Assembly: GCF_006345805.1 (NCBI RefSeq)
Contig: NW_021832120.1
Coordinates: 248,001-312,000, forward strand
Direction: 5' to 3'
DNA from: Octopus sinensis
Lineage: Eukaryota
DNA: 64,000 bases
Shown: positions 50,298 to 63,679 of the stretch, piece after piece
How the letters are laid out: the number at the start of each line of letters is the position of its first letter
How positions within the stretch are numbered: position 1 is the first letter of the stretch
Made by a program: the position numbers and the translations under genes
Notes under the pieces: generated by a model
The model's database searches: none
What the model saw: only the letters and a program-made list of their open reading frames with translations
What the model was told of the DNA's origin: nothing

Positions 50298-51493
50298 CAA
50301 TAGGTGCAAAAAAACCGTTTTTTTAAATACGGCATATTTTGCAAAGATAACCGTGATTTTTCTTTGTCGATATCGAAAGGGATCATTAAATTAACCCTAA
50401 ATCAATTTTGTTATATTTTTTTTGTATTATGTTATATGTCTAAATTAAAATTTTAATTACGCGAGCGCAATAAAAAACCGTTTATTCTGGTGAGTGTGAC
50501 ATTTTTTACTTTTTTTAGAATTTTAACCCTCGATAAAATTACGAATGCTTGATGTAATAACAAAAGGAAAGATTCTAAGCTTGAATGCGTTAAATTTGGA
50601 TTACTAAAAAAATATCTGACGAGCTTAATATCCCGCGATCAACTATCGCTGACTTCATCCGAAAATTTATTAAATATGGTACGACTGAAAGAATGAAAGG
50701 TTCGGGGAGACCAAAAATTCTTAATAAGGACGATATCCTTATTTTACTCAACCTGGTTAAAGAGGACCCCCAAAAAAAAGCTGATTGCTTAAGGAATGAT
50801 CTCCGTAAAATAACCGGAAGAACAGTCGGTAAAAGATCCATCGCAAATTATTTAAGAAGGGAGCAAATATATGCTCGTGTATGTAGAAAAAAACCATTTT
50901 TGAACAAAATAAATAGTGAAAAACGCTATAACATGGCAAAGCATTTCATTACTGTGCCAAACACTGAATAGATGAGGACAATTTTCAGTGACGAATGCAG
51001 TTTCAAAGTTTGTAATATTAAAAAACGGCAATATTGTTATCGGAAAAACAATACAGGCCTTCAAAAAAGCAACCTTTCGCCTACTGTAAAATTTGGTGGG
51101 GGGAAAGTTATGGTCCGGGGCTGTTTTTCCTATTACGGAATGGCCTCGCTTGCTTTTATACACGGGAATATGAATTCCGCACTTTATATCAACACACTAT
51201 GTAACCATTTATGGGAATCTGCAAAAAAATGGAGCTTTTTAAGGCAAAAGCTTTTTAAGGCAAAAGGGGACCATATTGAATACTAACTTTAAATAATCAA
51301 AAATAAAACGGTTTTTTATTGCGTTTGATTTTTTGTTAGTTATAATTTGTTAAGTAAAAATGATTACAAGTTCAAATATAAAAATAAAACTAGTGTTAAA
51401 AAATGATAAATTATTCAATTCTTTAATAAAAACAATATAGTTGCATAGTAAATTTTTGATATTTCGAAAAAACGGTTTTTTTTGCACCTAGTG
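50298..51493 (+). mobile_element. Tc1-family transposon B, internally deleted
   Basis: TIRs CAATAGGTGCAAAAAAACCGTTTTTT / AAAAACGGTTTTTTTGCACCTAGTG; TA TSD inside the CRE FVPL|xFETSG motif; GSGRPK, IFSDECSF, VKFGGGKVMV; the second D and E region is missing. Confidence 0.9.
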
Positions 51494-53929
51494 TACCTTT
51501 GAAACCTCTGGAATCGTGGCAAGGTCGCCACTCAACTCCTCACTGACATTGGTAGAAGAATTTCTTCGAAAACAAACGACCGGAGAAAGATGAGTTGGTT
51601 TTTCTAGCGAATCTAGGTCGCTGTGCTCTGCAAAAACTAGACTCTCGACTATCTTTTTAGCTACTTACCTAGTAATAAAAAAATTCTCTAGATAATAATG
51701 AATTTTAGTTGCTATATTTTATAAAGTTTTTCTATTTTAAATTAGAATTTTGTTTTCACTCTTTTTTGTTTGGTTTACTTTCCCGAATTTTATAAATAAG
51801 GATTTTTTCTCATTCTAAAATAATTTCTCTGTCTTAAGTATAGAGAACATGACTTGATAAATTCAATTTCAATAAAATCATATTTTCAATTTTTTCATAC
51901 GAATTTTAAACGTAAAAGAATAATTTAATAAACACTAATACAGCATCCTCATTAATGGATTGACTGAGTTTGGTTTAGTTTTGATGCTATTTTATAAGAT
52001 TTTCCGACCTTTAACATTAATAGTTCAAGCATTAGTGTTGACGCATCAAACATTAGTGTCGAAGCTCTAAAAATTAGCTTTTAAACCGCATATAAGTAAG
52101 CATTAACGTTTTTACGGAAATCAAATAACATTTGTAAGAATTAAAATTTTATTCAATAATTATTACATTCTGCTCAGCAAGGGTAACATATTTGAACATT
52201 TTTTGATAAAATAAGTCACAGTGTTCAATAATTATTTCATTAATGGAATTGATCAGCCTCGTATTATTTTCATCAAAAAAACTCTCAATCACAGCTAGCA
52301 AGGCCGAGCTGGAAGCGCTGACTGAGCACATTTGTAATGTGAGCAATTGGATCAGGAGCAAGACTCCGTCCTTGATGCATACTGTACTTGTCGGGAACGA
52401 GCTGATAAATGGGACCTCAAAGAGTTGAAGCGTGTCGGGCAAAGAGAGAAGCTAATTCTCGTTTATCTGAGAAAGCTCTGAACTCATGAGTCTTGCTGTC
52501 AGCGTAGGGGAGAGAACAACCTGTTTGAGTTTAATCGCAGGCTGTTCTACCAGCGATTGCACAGAGAAAGGAAGGAGTGTAAATGAACAATAAATTTTAT
52601 CTGAAAATTTTATCTGAAAATTTTATTAGGATAACCTAAAATGGAATAACGATAAAACCGAATAAACATATTATTGATAATTAAAGAACTGAAATTAAGT
52701 TAAATTAATTTTGCGGGGACAAATTATGTTATTTGTCAGTGTAGGACGACAATTCTTACATTCTACTAAACTGTTAATTATTAAAAACCGTAGGCCTTCA
52801 CGAATTTCATTTCCACTCTTTCCAACAAGATGGTATGATTTGTGACATATATATTTTTATTGCAATTACTTCTTTTCGTACTCACAATTCTAGAATTATT
52901 AACTTGGTTTACGAAATTGGTTGAGCACTCTTCTCCGAAAGGCACATTATCTGTGACCCAGTTAAATGAAGTCTATAATGAGCCAGTAACCATACGCGAT
53001 TTGTGCTGGCTTGAATTTGAACAAAATGAAAATTGTATGAAAAGGCATGTATCTAAAATTACAAAACAAAAATACAAAGAAGAGAGAGATGGAATCTGAG
53101 AAAATGCATCGACGTGAATATAGTTAAGTTTTTGGCATAAAGCCAGAGATCTAAAATTCGATATACATTAGATTTACATCACAGACAAAGATTTGTGTCC
53201 GCCAAAAGAGACATCTAGTATTTGGGTCAGAGTATCGGTTCGACAGTAACTAAAATAAGATTTATATAATACAATTTTTTGAGAGAAAGTAAATTAGTAA
53301 ATCTGGGAGGGTAAGAGAAATTCACTCTTTTGAGAAAGACTATATAAGTCAAATTATTATTCACTAATCTTGAGTTGTATTTGCAATCGGTTCTGTAAAT
53401 ATTAAATATTCTGAGATTACAAGTGATTGTCTGTATAGTTACATATTTTATAGCTCAGGCAATAATTGATTAGTATAAGCAGAAAGGTATGCATTTTACT
53501 AAAAGAATGAATATTTATTTGACCTAAATGACACATTAATTTTACAAAATCATAAGTAATACCCCTATAATTTTATTTTTATAATTAATTTTAAACAAAA
53601 TCAGGCAAATTCAATTTGGAGAAGAAGAGCTTTCAGAATACTCCTCCGCCTGTTTAGTGTTCACTTAACCTTGATTTTCCTGCAATTCTTTCACCCCAAA
53701 AGAGCTGTAACAAAATTTTACTAAAAACAAATTTATTTATTAACGATAGGAAAATAGTCTGTTAGTTTTTTCCTTTTCATTTCTAATATTTTTCTGAAGT
53801 TACAATTTTTTTTAATTTGTAATTCTCGTAAAGTAAATTCTAATGCTTTTTTATTATTTTTTTTATTTTTTCTAAAAGATATTTAGAATTTAAATTTAAA
53901 ACACGCAAAAAATCGGTTGTATTAATAAA

Positions 53930-55522
53930 ATTATGAAGATTAGTATTTGTCACGGACTTTCCCTGTTTCCAGGGAGATGCAAAAGCGTTAAAAATCCTAA
54001 TCACAGCGGAAGAGGTGGAACTAGCGATAAATAAACTGAGGAACAACAAGAGTGCTGGGCCGGACAACATAAGCACCGAGCTCCTAAAATATGGGCCAAA
54101 AAAACTCAGCGACACAATTGCAAAAACCCTAAATAAAATTTTCGAAACTAATACCGATCTGGGACTTGGAAATGGATTACTAATACCCATACAAAAACCG
54201 AATAATCAAAAGGACCAGTAGAAAATCTCCGCCCGATAATACTCCTGAATTCGATACGCAAGGTGCTGGCAAACGTCGCACTAAGGCGGATAAAGGGTGT
54301 GGCGGATCAATACCTATCACCGAGTCAAAGTGGGTTCCGAGATGGGAGGTCTACGGCAGACATTGTATGGAGCCACAGATGGCGCTGCGCAACGCACCAA
54401 AGATTCAAGAGCACAACGACCGTGCTGGGAATAGATCTCTCCAGAGCCTTCGACTCAATAAACAGACAGAAACTGATGAATGTGCTTGAGCAAATACTGG
54501 ATGAATCATCGGTTAGGATAATCAGACTACTACTTGCGAACACAAGACTATCTGTGAGGACAGAAGGAGCAACTTCCAGCAGTTTCAAAACAACGACTGG
54601 AAAACCCCAGGGTGACTCCCTCTCCCCCTACTATTCACCATCTACCTTGAATCTGCACTCCGCGATCTCCGTAAATGCTATACGGGAGACATAGAAGAGG
54701 AATCTTATGCCGATGATGTGGATTTCGTATCACGGGACGTGACCGCACTCCAACACCTACTAGAAAATGCACCTATGGAGCTTGGGAAATGGGTCTTCAG
54801 CGTAAATGTGAACAAAACTGAGATTACGGAAATCAAAAGAGAAGATGATACTACCCATGAAAGATGAAGACACACTAATAAGCTTGGATCCCTACTGGGA
54901 GACGCTAAAGATGTACTAAGGAAAAAAACACTGGCGAACTCGGCAATGGCGAAACTGAAGAAAGGATGGCTAAGAGCCAAAGGACTTGGAGTTGGCATCA
55001 GATGCAGGCTCTACAACGCGTTTGTGAAACCGATCTTGCTGTACAACGCTGGGACATGGGGATGTTCCTTCAACGATCTACGGAAACTGGATTCATTCCA
55101 TAGAAGGCAACTAAGAAGCTTACTCGGAATGGAGTGGCCACGTCGAATATCAACCAATGGTATCTACAACAAGTGTATGTGCTCCTGCATCAGCGGGGAT
55201 GTTGTAGATGCCCGGTGGAGGCTTTTCGGGCATGTACTAAGAATGAACCCGGACGCACCCGCTAACAAAGCGATGGAAGACTACTTCGACAGATGCGACA
55301 TACCCTTCCGCGGACGACCTAGATCGACACTTCCAACTGCCTTAAACAAAGACCTAAATCGAGTGAGGAAAAACCTAAAGACGGGGGACGACCTGGACGA
55401 ATTGAGATCACTCGCATACGACAGAGGAAAATGGAAAAAACTAACCTTAAATATCGTTACATTGAGTGTTGCACATGCGGGGCTATAAACATTATGGCTT
55501 TCGTGAAAGTGCTATAATAATA
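53930..55522 (+). mobile_element. 5'-truncated RTE-type LINE (copy 2, frameshifted)
   Basis: Near-identical to 28240-29832 with different lesions; YADD is retained in this copy. Confidence 0.88.
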
Positions 55523-55545
55523 GTATTTGTCAAAATTAATGTTGA

Positions 55546-55855
55546 TTAATCAAACGGGCGGGAAGCCGACGCGATCGAGAAAGAGTTAGAGCGTACTATC
55601 GCGAGGGATATCCGCTCGAAAAACCATCTCGATTCGCTGGCGTTGCCTGCGAGAGCGGACATGCGGGACCCGATCTCCTGAACGAAGCTGATTGCCTTAC
55701 CGCCCATGGAACCTAAAGTCTCAACCGCAAATGGGAGGAATTGGAACTTCTCAGTAAGTGAGGAGTACTTCCGCATCTTTTTGCATTCCGCGGTTGTGGC
55801 GATAGATCCAGGGGCGGATGCGGACATTAGCAGGTTCTGAGGCGAGAAAGAGTGG
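55546..55855 (-). mobile_element. 3' fragment of another CRE-clade element (REL C-terminus)
   Basis: AECKKMRKY..FLPFAVETLG...FFERISLAIVRSN. Confidence 0.8.
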
Positions 55856-57652
55856 GGTTGTATTAATTATTTTTTAATCAATGGATTTGTATTTGTAAAA
55901 AATTTAAAATTCTTGTCGTTTCTGTTTTTCTTGAATGCCGATTGTTCTTTTTTAAACATTTCCTGGACCGATATTTATCCGAAGTCAGAAAACAGCATTT
56001 TTTATGTTTTAATGTCAACAATAGATTTTCATGACTAAACCAAGAATATATTGCTGTGTAAATTAATGGTTACTTATATAAAGTTTAAAAGCTAATTTTT
56101 AGAGCTTTGACATTAATGTTTGATGTGTCACGATTTTTCTTTCAAATTTTAAAGTACGGTAAATGCATAAATAAATGTGAAGTGCACAACTGAAGTACTT
56201 AGTATTAAGTGCATAAATTAGTGTGAAAAATACTTTTAGTAACTTTTAATAAACAAATTTAAAGAAATTTTTTGTTCAGCCTTCTGCGTGGTTCCGTTTT
56301 CTACCTGGCACATCATTTTTTTGATTTTGAGTTCATACAAATATTAATTCCGGTAAAAACTTTCTGACAAATTTACTCAAAAAAATGTTTCCAAACCTAA
56401 AGAACGATGTAATAAACAGTAATAGAGTGTGCTCATTAATTTTTCTAAATTGATTGATTGGGTTTAGTTTAAAACTTCATTTACCTTACATTTAGGAATT
56501 TGAGAATTAGTGACTTTATAACTTCGGTTATCCTTCATTTTCCAAAACACTGAAAAACAAATGTAATATTTTAATTAAAATAGAATTAAAAAATTAGATC
56601 ATTTTTAGTGTTAGTATTTGAATTGGTAGTGGTTTTGATCCCTCGAAAGAATGGATTGAATATTTCATTATTATTATCTACAATGTCTTCTGCCTTTTAG
56701 AATAATTAAAAAATATTACATTTTTAGAAGCTTTTATGTCTCTATTTGATATAAATATAAAATTAACCTTTTAATTTGCCCGCTTTTGACAAACACAACA
56801 ATGCTAAATAATACAGCCAAATAAATCATTATTTATCTAACGATAAATTGTTTAAATACTATATTTTGAGAAAAATCGAAAATCATTAATTTATTTCACG
56901 ATTAAGTTCGCATATACTCTACTAAACTATCAAAAAACTTGTACTTTATTCAAACTAATAAATTTGATAAAATAATTTGATTGGGAAAAATCTAAAAGTC
57001 CAAGAATTAAATATTAAAGCCGAAAACTAAAAATTGGGTTCTTTTTTTAAATGTCAAAATTATATTGGAGGGGTAGACATGCAAAGCAATCTGTCATTGA
57101 TTGGTTTCGTTTTTCAATTCCTATACTTTTCTGAAGGCGATATAACATTTTTTTCTTCCTATTTTTTGTATCCAATCTTCACTGAATTTATCTTTTGTTT
57201 AAGTCAAGCTATTATTCTCGCATCATTTTCATTAAAAAATGAGTTTCTGCTTTTTTCATGATATTGATTTATCTTGGAGTTTAGCTTGCATTCTAAATTG
57301 GTATCTGAGTGCTTTATAAGTATGCAAATTCGTCGTAGCATGTTCCAGACATTTTATAATCTCATATTAAATAATTCCCATATCTTAGAGAATATTCCAA
57401 TTCTTCACTAACTAATCAGAGCACAAAGGAAATGATCTTCACGTATTTCTTTCTCCCAAACAATCTGATTTCGCCGTGAGTATCCACAGATAATGGTGTC
57501 AAATCTTTATAGCATTTTAGATGCTGGAACCTACCAAATGGACAGCAGTCAGAATCTTACCCGTAACCTAAGTCACTCTAGCCCGAAACCTAGCCACTGT
57601 GCCAAATGAGATACTTGTATAATTTCAGATATTTAAAAATATGATTTTATTA

Positions 57653-58706
57653 TGTGACATAGGCAACGCGTTACGCATGGGCAACCGGTTACATTTTTTG
57701 ACCTTGTAGATGTCAAAATTAAATCCTTTGATTATCAAAAATAATATTTTTATGGGCCAATTATAAAGTTTAACAATGCCTTGTATTTATTTAAATTAGT
57801 TTTTGTTCATGTACTTAAATAATTTTAAAAAGTTATTTTTTTTAATGTTGGTAAACCTAAACTTATTGGAAAATTTTTAGCGTGCTAGATTTGTTTCTTG
57901 TAATGGCTTCATATAGAGGTTATGTCAAAGATTCTTCAGAGTATCGAATTTTAAAAGATGCTTTGGAAAATAAATTCCCGGAAGATTTTTCTATGCAAGC
58001 AAAATATAGACTTGTAAAAAAGATCGAGAGTTTTACAATAATCAATGAAAGGTACTCTAGATTTACGATTAATGCGCAGATTGTATCTCAAATCTGATGA
58101 TCCAAAGCTCGTCATTACTTTGGACAATGAAACTGAAATGGAGCATGTAGCTAAATCTCTACACGAATATTCACACGGAGGAGTAAACAAGATTGAGTAT
58201 GAGTGTCGACTAAGATACTTCATTGTTAAAAATGACATAATCAGGAAAGTCATTCGAAATTGTGAAGTATGTAAATTTGCCTGTCCATTGAAAGTTTTAA
58301 TTCTTTTTAATTTTTAATGTAGGTTGGTGATATGAATCATAAATACGAATTTAGTGTCGGAGATAAAGTTTAGATAAATAATTATAGATAGGTTCGAGTT
58401 AAAAAATGGAACAAACCCTTCGTTGCGGTTGGATAAATTCGAGTCTCCATTCTATTCGACGGCTGAAATAATTAACATTTTATCAAATAATCGAGTCGAG
58501 GTAAATCAATCATTTTTATTTAATAGATAAAATATGCTAAAGGAGAGATATGGACGGTACCAATGGCAAGACTAACAAAATGATTAATTTTAATTTTTTT
58601 TGTTAAAATGCATTATTCTTTGAAGTTATTGAATGATTAATAATTGACATCACAAGGTCAAAAAATGTAACCGGTTGCCCATACGTAACGCGTTGCCCAT
58701 GTCACA
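57653..58706 (+). mobile_element. Ginger-like TIR element B with a spliced core-less integrase mini-gene (57903-58583)
   Basis: ~65-bp TIRs TGTGACAT.GGCAACGCGTTACG.ATGGGCAACCGGTTACATTTTTTGACCTTGT; perfect 5-bp TSD TATTA; LHEYSHGG...CEVC joined to FSVGDKVRV; 4 micro-introns. Confidence 0.87.
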
Positions 58707-58799
58707 TATTACATTCTATATAAAAACATTCAGCTTAAAAACATTAACTAAGTGTAGTATTTTAAATTTCGTATCTCACACAATTTATTATTGATCTTA

Positions 58800-61700
58800 A
58801 TCCGCTGAGTTTTGGTAACACCCAGAAGCCCCTAAAGGCTCTTCCCAAAGGACCCATTACTAACTCTCCCCGGAGGGCACCTTCGCTCGCCGACGAGACA
58901 CCAGGAACCCTTCATCAATAGCCAGATTGAAATACTCAGAATATCGCAAAAAACAGTAAACAATACTCCAACTAAACATCAACGGTGTCAGAAGGGAAAT
59001 CTTGGAACTCCGTTCTCTGTTTGCTGATCTGAATATCGATATGGCCATTATACAAGAATTAAAGATCCTTGGAAATTCTCCAACTTCTGTATTCCCAGGA
59101 TATAAGCTGATCGTGGGTCATCATTCTGTACAAAAAGAACCTAAAATGTACCGACATCTCCCTGAAGGAAAAAAGATTACTGGGAAGTGATTATAATACA
59201 GAAATTATTGCAATTTCTCTGAAAACATCGAACGGAAAAACTTTATTGTGAACTTAAATGTTTATCCGTCTAGCTCCTGTCTTATATTGTACTTACACTA
59301 TCGAATCTCTCTCTTCTAATAGACGTGATTATTGGAGGAGACTGCAAGCACCCTCTGTGGTTTGCTGGACAAACGTCGGATTCAAGAAGAAAGCAGGTAC
59401 TTTCGAAAATCGGTTCCCTTACTGTCCTGAATGACCGTACAAAAAATTCGAGAACCTCATACAGGGCAACTGATAAGGCGACCTCGCCAGACATCACCCT
59501 CTGCTCTCCCGCCCCGTCTGCAATAACATTTTGGTCTTTATCCTACAATTCCAGCAATGACCGCAATATTATTATCTGGAGAATTATTCCTGAAGAAATG
59601 CTTAACCAACTAAAAATACACGGACTGGATTCTTTGCCAAAAGCTTACTAATATTTGGAGAATTTTTTTCTGGACAAAATAATTGCTTACATCGGGGGTG
59701 TCAAAGATACGGCCCGCGGGCCAGAGCTGGCCCGCGGACGATCTCAAATGGCCCGCGGTAAAATTTAAAAGTGTATTTAAAATCTAAAATTATTATTTAA
59801 CACCAAATAAAAATACAAGAAAGTCAAAAGTGAAAATAACAGGATTACTTCAACAGTTTGAGACACGTTTTGAAATTTTTCGTGAACTTGAAAAAGAGTT
59901 TACTGTTGTTCGATCACCATTCACTGCAAATATTACACATCTTGCAGCTAACTTACAATTGGAAATTATTGATTTGAAATGTGACTCAGATCTGAAGAAT
60001 AAATTTACCATGGTGGGCTTAGACACCTTTTATAAATATCTCTTGCCGAAGTATCCCAACTTAACAGCCTTAGCTGCGAAAATCTTGTCAATGTTTGGAA
60101 GTACATGTAAACAACTTTTCTCTTTAACGAACATAAACAAAACAAAATTTCGATCAAGGCTCACCCACACTCATCTAAGTGAGATTCTAAGATTGACGGT
60201 AACACAGAATTTCACTCCAGATATTGACGCTATTATGAAGAAAAAAAGATGTCAAGTTTTTGGAACATATTTTAATTATAAAAATTAATAAATGTGTTGT
60301 TAAATGATTTTAAATTAAAATTATAAATTAAAAATCATAGTACGAATTTTGTTAAATCAAAAATAAATAGTCTGGCCCGCGGAGCCTAAAATTTTTTTAA
60401 TCCGGCCCGCGGAAGAAATGAGTTTGACACCCCTGGCTTACATCAACAGTTATATCTTGGTGGCTCATTCTATGTCTGCTCAAAAACATCAAAAATCGAG
60501 AAGGGTTGATAAGGCACGCCTAGAAAAAGAAAGGATCCAACTCAAAAATTCTGCCAATCCAACTTTGGATATTAGACTCCGATTGAAGGCATTAAAAGAG
60601 GAAATGAGAAACAATGAGCTCTTTTCCCAGAGAAGAAAATGATCCCCAGTGCTTTCCTTCATGAACAGAAAGTTAGACGGCATCAATTTAGAAGGCCATC
60701 TGGGAAACGGCCTGCGCTGAGAACAAGCTATCGGAGGATGACCACAGCAAAAAGTATCTCAACAATCTTATGAAGTTCTACGTAAAATTTCGTAAATACC
60801 GCCAAAGGTCGGTTCCCCTCCCAATCAATTGGAAAAAAACCAAAAAGGGAGGCTGAAACCAAATACTTTACATATAACGATGTGTATAATGTATTAAGTC
60901 AATCATGTCAAAACTCTCAAACAGACCTGATGAAATCCCAAAGATTCTTTTAAAGAACCCCGGAAACCACGGTATTGCTCATTTCCAAAATTTACAATCA
61001 TTCTATCAACAAAACTGTATTCCTTCTCTGTGAAAAATTGCTCATCTAAGCCCAATCCTCAAATCGGGAAAACCGAAAAAGGAACCGATCTCCTACAGAC
61101 CAGTTGCCTTACTCAGCTCCACCTCAAAGGTGCTGGAAAAACTTGTTCTCTGGAAGATCAAGGGCTATCTCCCTGAAAAGCTTTTCTAACACGGATTTAA
61201 AGAAGAAAGATCTACTCTGACACACTTATCCAATTTGACTAGCTTTATTCGGCAAGGATTCTCACAAAAACCCGGTCATCAAAAGACCGTTCTCTGTACT
61301 ATTGACCTAAAAAAGCCTTCGATTCAGTGTCGAGAAAAATTCTTAGCCAGAAGAAATTTATATCAAAAATTCCAGTTCATGAAAAAGATATTTTTCCCTA
61401 CGCTAACGACATCCTAATTCCCCCTAAAGATCGAGACATTCTGGCTGCTGTGTCAAGGCTATATATTACATAACTATACCATTTTCAGTTCAAGTTTGAC
61501 ATTTTTTATACCAATTTTGAAAATGCGACGTTCAATTTTGACATTTTTTAGATCAATTTTGACAATGCAACATTCATTTTTAGATCAATTTTGACAATAG
61601 ATCACTGCTAACCGCCTATCAACTATCTCAGAAAAGTCAGCAACCTCCTTTTTCATTTCCGATAATAGACTTGGGAAGAAGTCAGTGTTTTTTAACCTGG

Positions 61701-62110
61701 AAAACAACGAAATTCAGTTTTGCCGGACTCAGAAAATTCTAGGAGTTACGTTCAATGCGAACACGTGCTTCTCTCCACACGTGGACAACGTATTAACAAA
61801 ATGCAAATGGAAGACCAACGTATTTAAATGTCTCTCTGGACTTGAAGTTTGGAAAGCACCCAGCATTTGGAAGTATATACAACCAGCACATCGTGCCTTG
61901 TTTTTTGTATGGGGCAACTTTATTTCTTTGTCCAATAAACGGAAGATTGAGGCTAGCCTGAAAAGAGCTCTAGCACTCACGGAGACAAGTTTGCGACTTC
62001 TACGAGCATGGAAGACGAGCTCTACGAGCTTGATGCTATATGGACGATCAAATGAAAAAGTAAAAAAAAATGCCCACTCGACCACTACGCACGTACGCGG
62101 TTACTCGTGA
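58800..62110 (+). mobile_element. Degraded Jockey/I-group LINE (APE endonuclease plus RT)
   Basis: ILQLNING..DMAIIQE, IIGGDC, TSPDITL, SYRPVALLS..SKVLEK, HGF, IDLKK.F, KILGVTF; many frameshifts. Confidence 0.78.
59693..60435 (+). mobile_element. Non-autonomous hAT (SPIN/GTF2IRD2-like) nested in the LINE
   Basis: TIRs CGGGGGTGTCAAA / TTTGACACCCCTG; GGCCCGCGG subterminal motifs; perfect 8-bp TSD GCTTACAT; LQLEIIDL..SMFGST..LFS..KFRSRLT. Confidence 0.92.
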
Positions 62111-62416
62111 GGAAAATTAGACTCAAAAATGTCCTATCTTTCGTGTTCCTAATGGGAAATTGTTATTTTATGTTATAAAATATTTTAATTTTTTAATGAT
62201 TTTCCGATCATGCTGGGGCAATAAGATAATTTTTTTATAGTTTTTTAGAAACAATTTGAATGTAAAAAGATTTCGTTTTAATTAGAAACGTACTATTTAT
62301 ATGATTAAAATATAATATTAGTTCAAAACAATAGGCTATTAAATATTCTCTATTGATTACAAATTGATTTTAATGATCGTCGTTCTGCTTAGTACATAGC
62401 ACTAATATGAAAAGTA

Positions 62417-63679
62417 ATGTTAATGATAGAGTCGGATAATTTACTCCCGACATTCGTACTAAATACTTCTATTCGGTTCAGATTTCCCATTAATGAGATC
62501 GGATTATGTGAGTCATTCAATTTTTTGTTAACTCCAGATCTATTATACACTAGTCTTGTAAGTTTTATCTTTGCAATTCTCGGAATGGTGCTGTTTTAAA
62601 TAATTTTAATAGACATTGAACCTCATCACAACAACTACTTTGATTACAATGAAATACCATTCAAGTAATTACATATACATGCTGGCCCTTTCTGTGTCGG
62701 ATTTTTTTTTCGAATTATGCTCTTCGGTCGTGTATGGAAAGATTTTTATTGGGCAGTCGAGTTTTGTGATTTCTAAGAATTTTGTATCGCTCGTGGCTTT
62801 CTGGGTTTTTCAGGCAATTGCTTCGATGCTACGAGTATTAGGTTATTAGATTCTTGCAAGATTACCTCGGTTTGGATTACCCTGGCATTCACTGTCGACA
62901 GGTACGTTATGATTTGTCACCCCTACAAAGCTCAACTATTTTGTCGGAAAAAAATCGCTAAATCAATGATTCTATTTCTTACATTAATGTCACTAATTGT
63001 GACCATTCCACAGTTTTTTGAGTTCGAAACCAAGTCTATTTTTGGCCAATCTTGCTATAAAAATCAGTTGAGTCAATTTGGAATGAATTCTTTATATCAC
63101 TACATATATAATGTTGGTTTTTACTTTATATTTGTTACAATAATTCCATTTTTAATCCTTGTTGTACTCAACTACATGTTGTGGAGGGCTGTAGTCAAGT
63201 GTAACCGAAGAAGATCTATTTTATCAAAAAAGGTATATAATTGAGCTTTTATGTACTAGGAAGCAAGTCACATAGACACTGCTGCGACATTGATAACAGT
63301 GGTCTTGATTTTTATGATTTGTCAATTCCCCTCGCTTATTAGGAACATAATTTACTCGGTTGATTCAATTTCGATTCTTGAATCTCGTTCTGTTGTGATT
63401 TTTATCGAAATAAGCAATCTAATGCTTGTCATGAACAGTTTTCTTAATGTCGTTCCTTACTATGTGTTCAACAAACGATTCAAAAAACAGTTTTTTATGA
63501 TTTTGAATTATATCAAAAATTTTTTTATTACAAAATCCAAACGATATGAAACAGACTATATCCATGTTCAAAAATCTGAGACTCCCATCGCACCCATTTC
63601 TCAAAATATAAAACAGACGTTGAATGTTAAAATAACACATTTATATTCAAATCCCAATGGAATGTCAGATTTCCTATGA
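62417..63679 (+). CDS. Rhodopsin-class peptide GPCR (FMRFamide/myosuppressin-receptor-like); 3 micro-introns
   Basis: YMLALSVSD (TM2), TSVWITLAFTVDRYVMICHP (TM3), IPQFFE, IPFLILVVLN, FMICQFP, NSFLNVVPYYVFNKRF; start codon uncertain. Confidence 0.87.

Larger units (their letters stand above)
49819..55522 (+). repeat. Segmental duplication copy 2 (partner 24394-29832)
   Basis: Same order of near-identical blocks as copy 1, but carrying a different Tc1 insertion. Confidence 0.93.

Noticed and set aside
56083-56130. Inverted copy of 52041-52087 (and 26361-26408) as TIRs of a ~4-kb element
   Set aside because: No TSD or transposon-type termini; more likely a small dispersed repeat.
61480-61600. 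Short repeat cluster (TTTTGACA/GATCAATTTTGACAAT) as a regulatory array
   Set aside because: It lies inside a decayed LINE and is best explained as local slippage or a MITE remnant.
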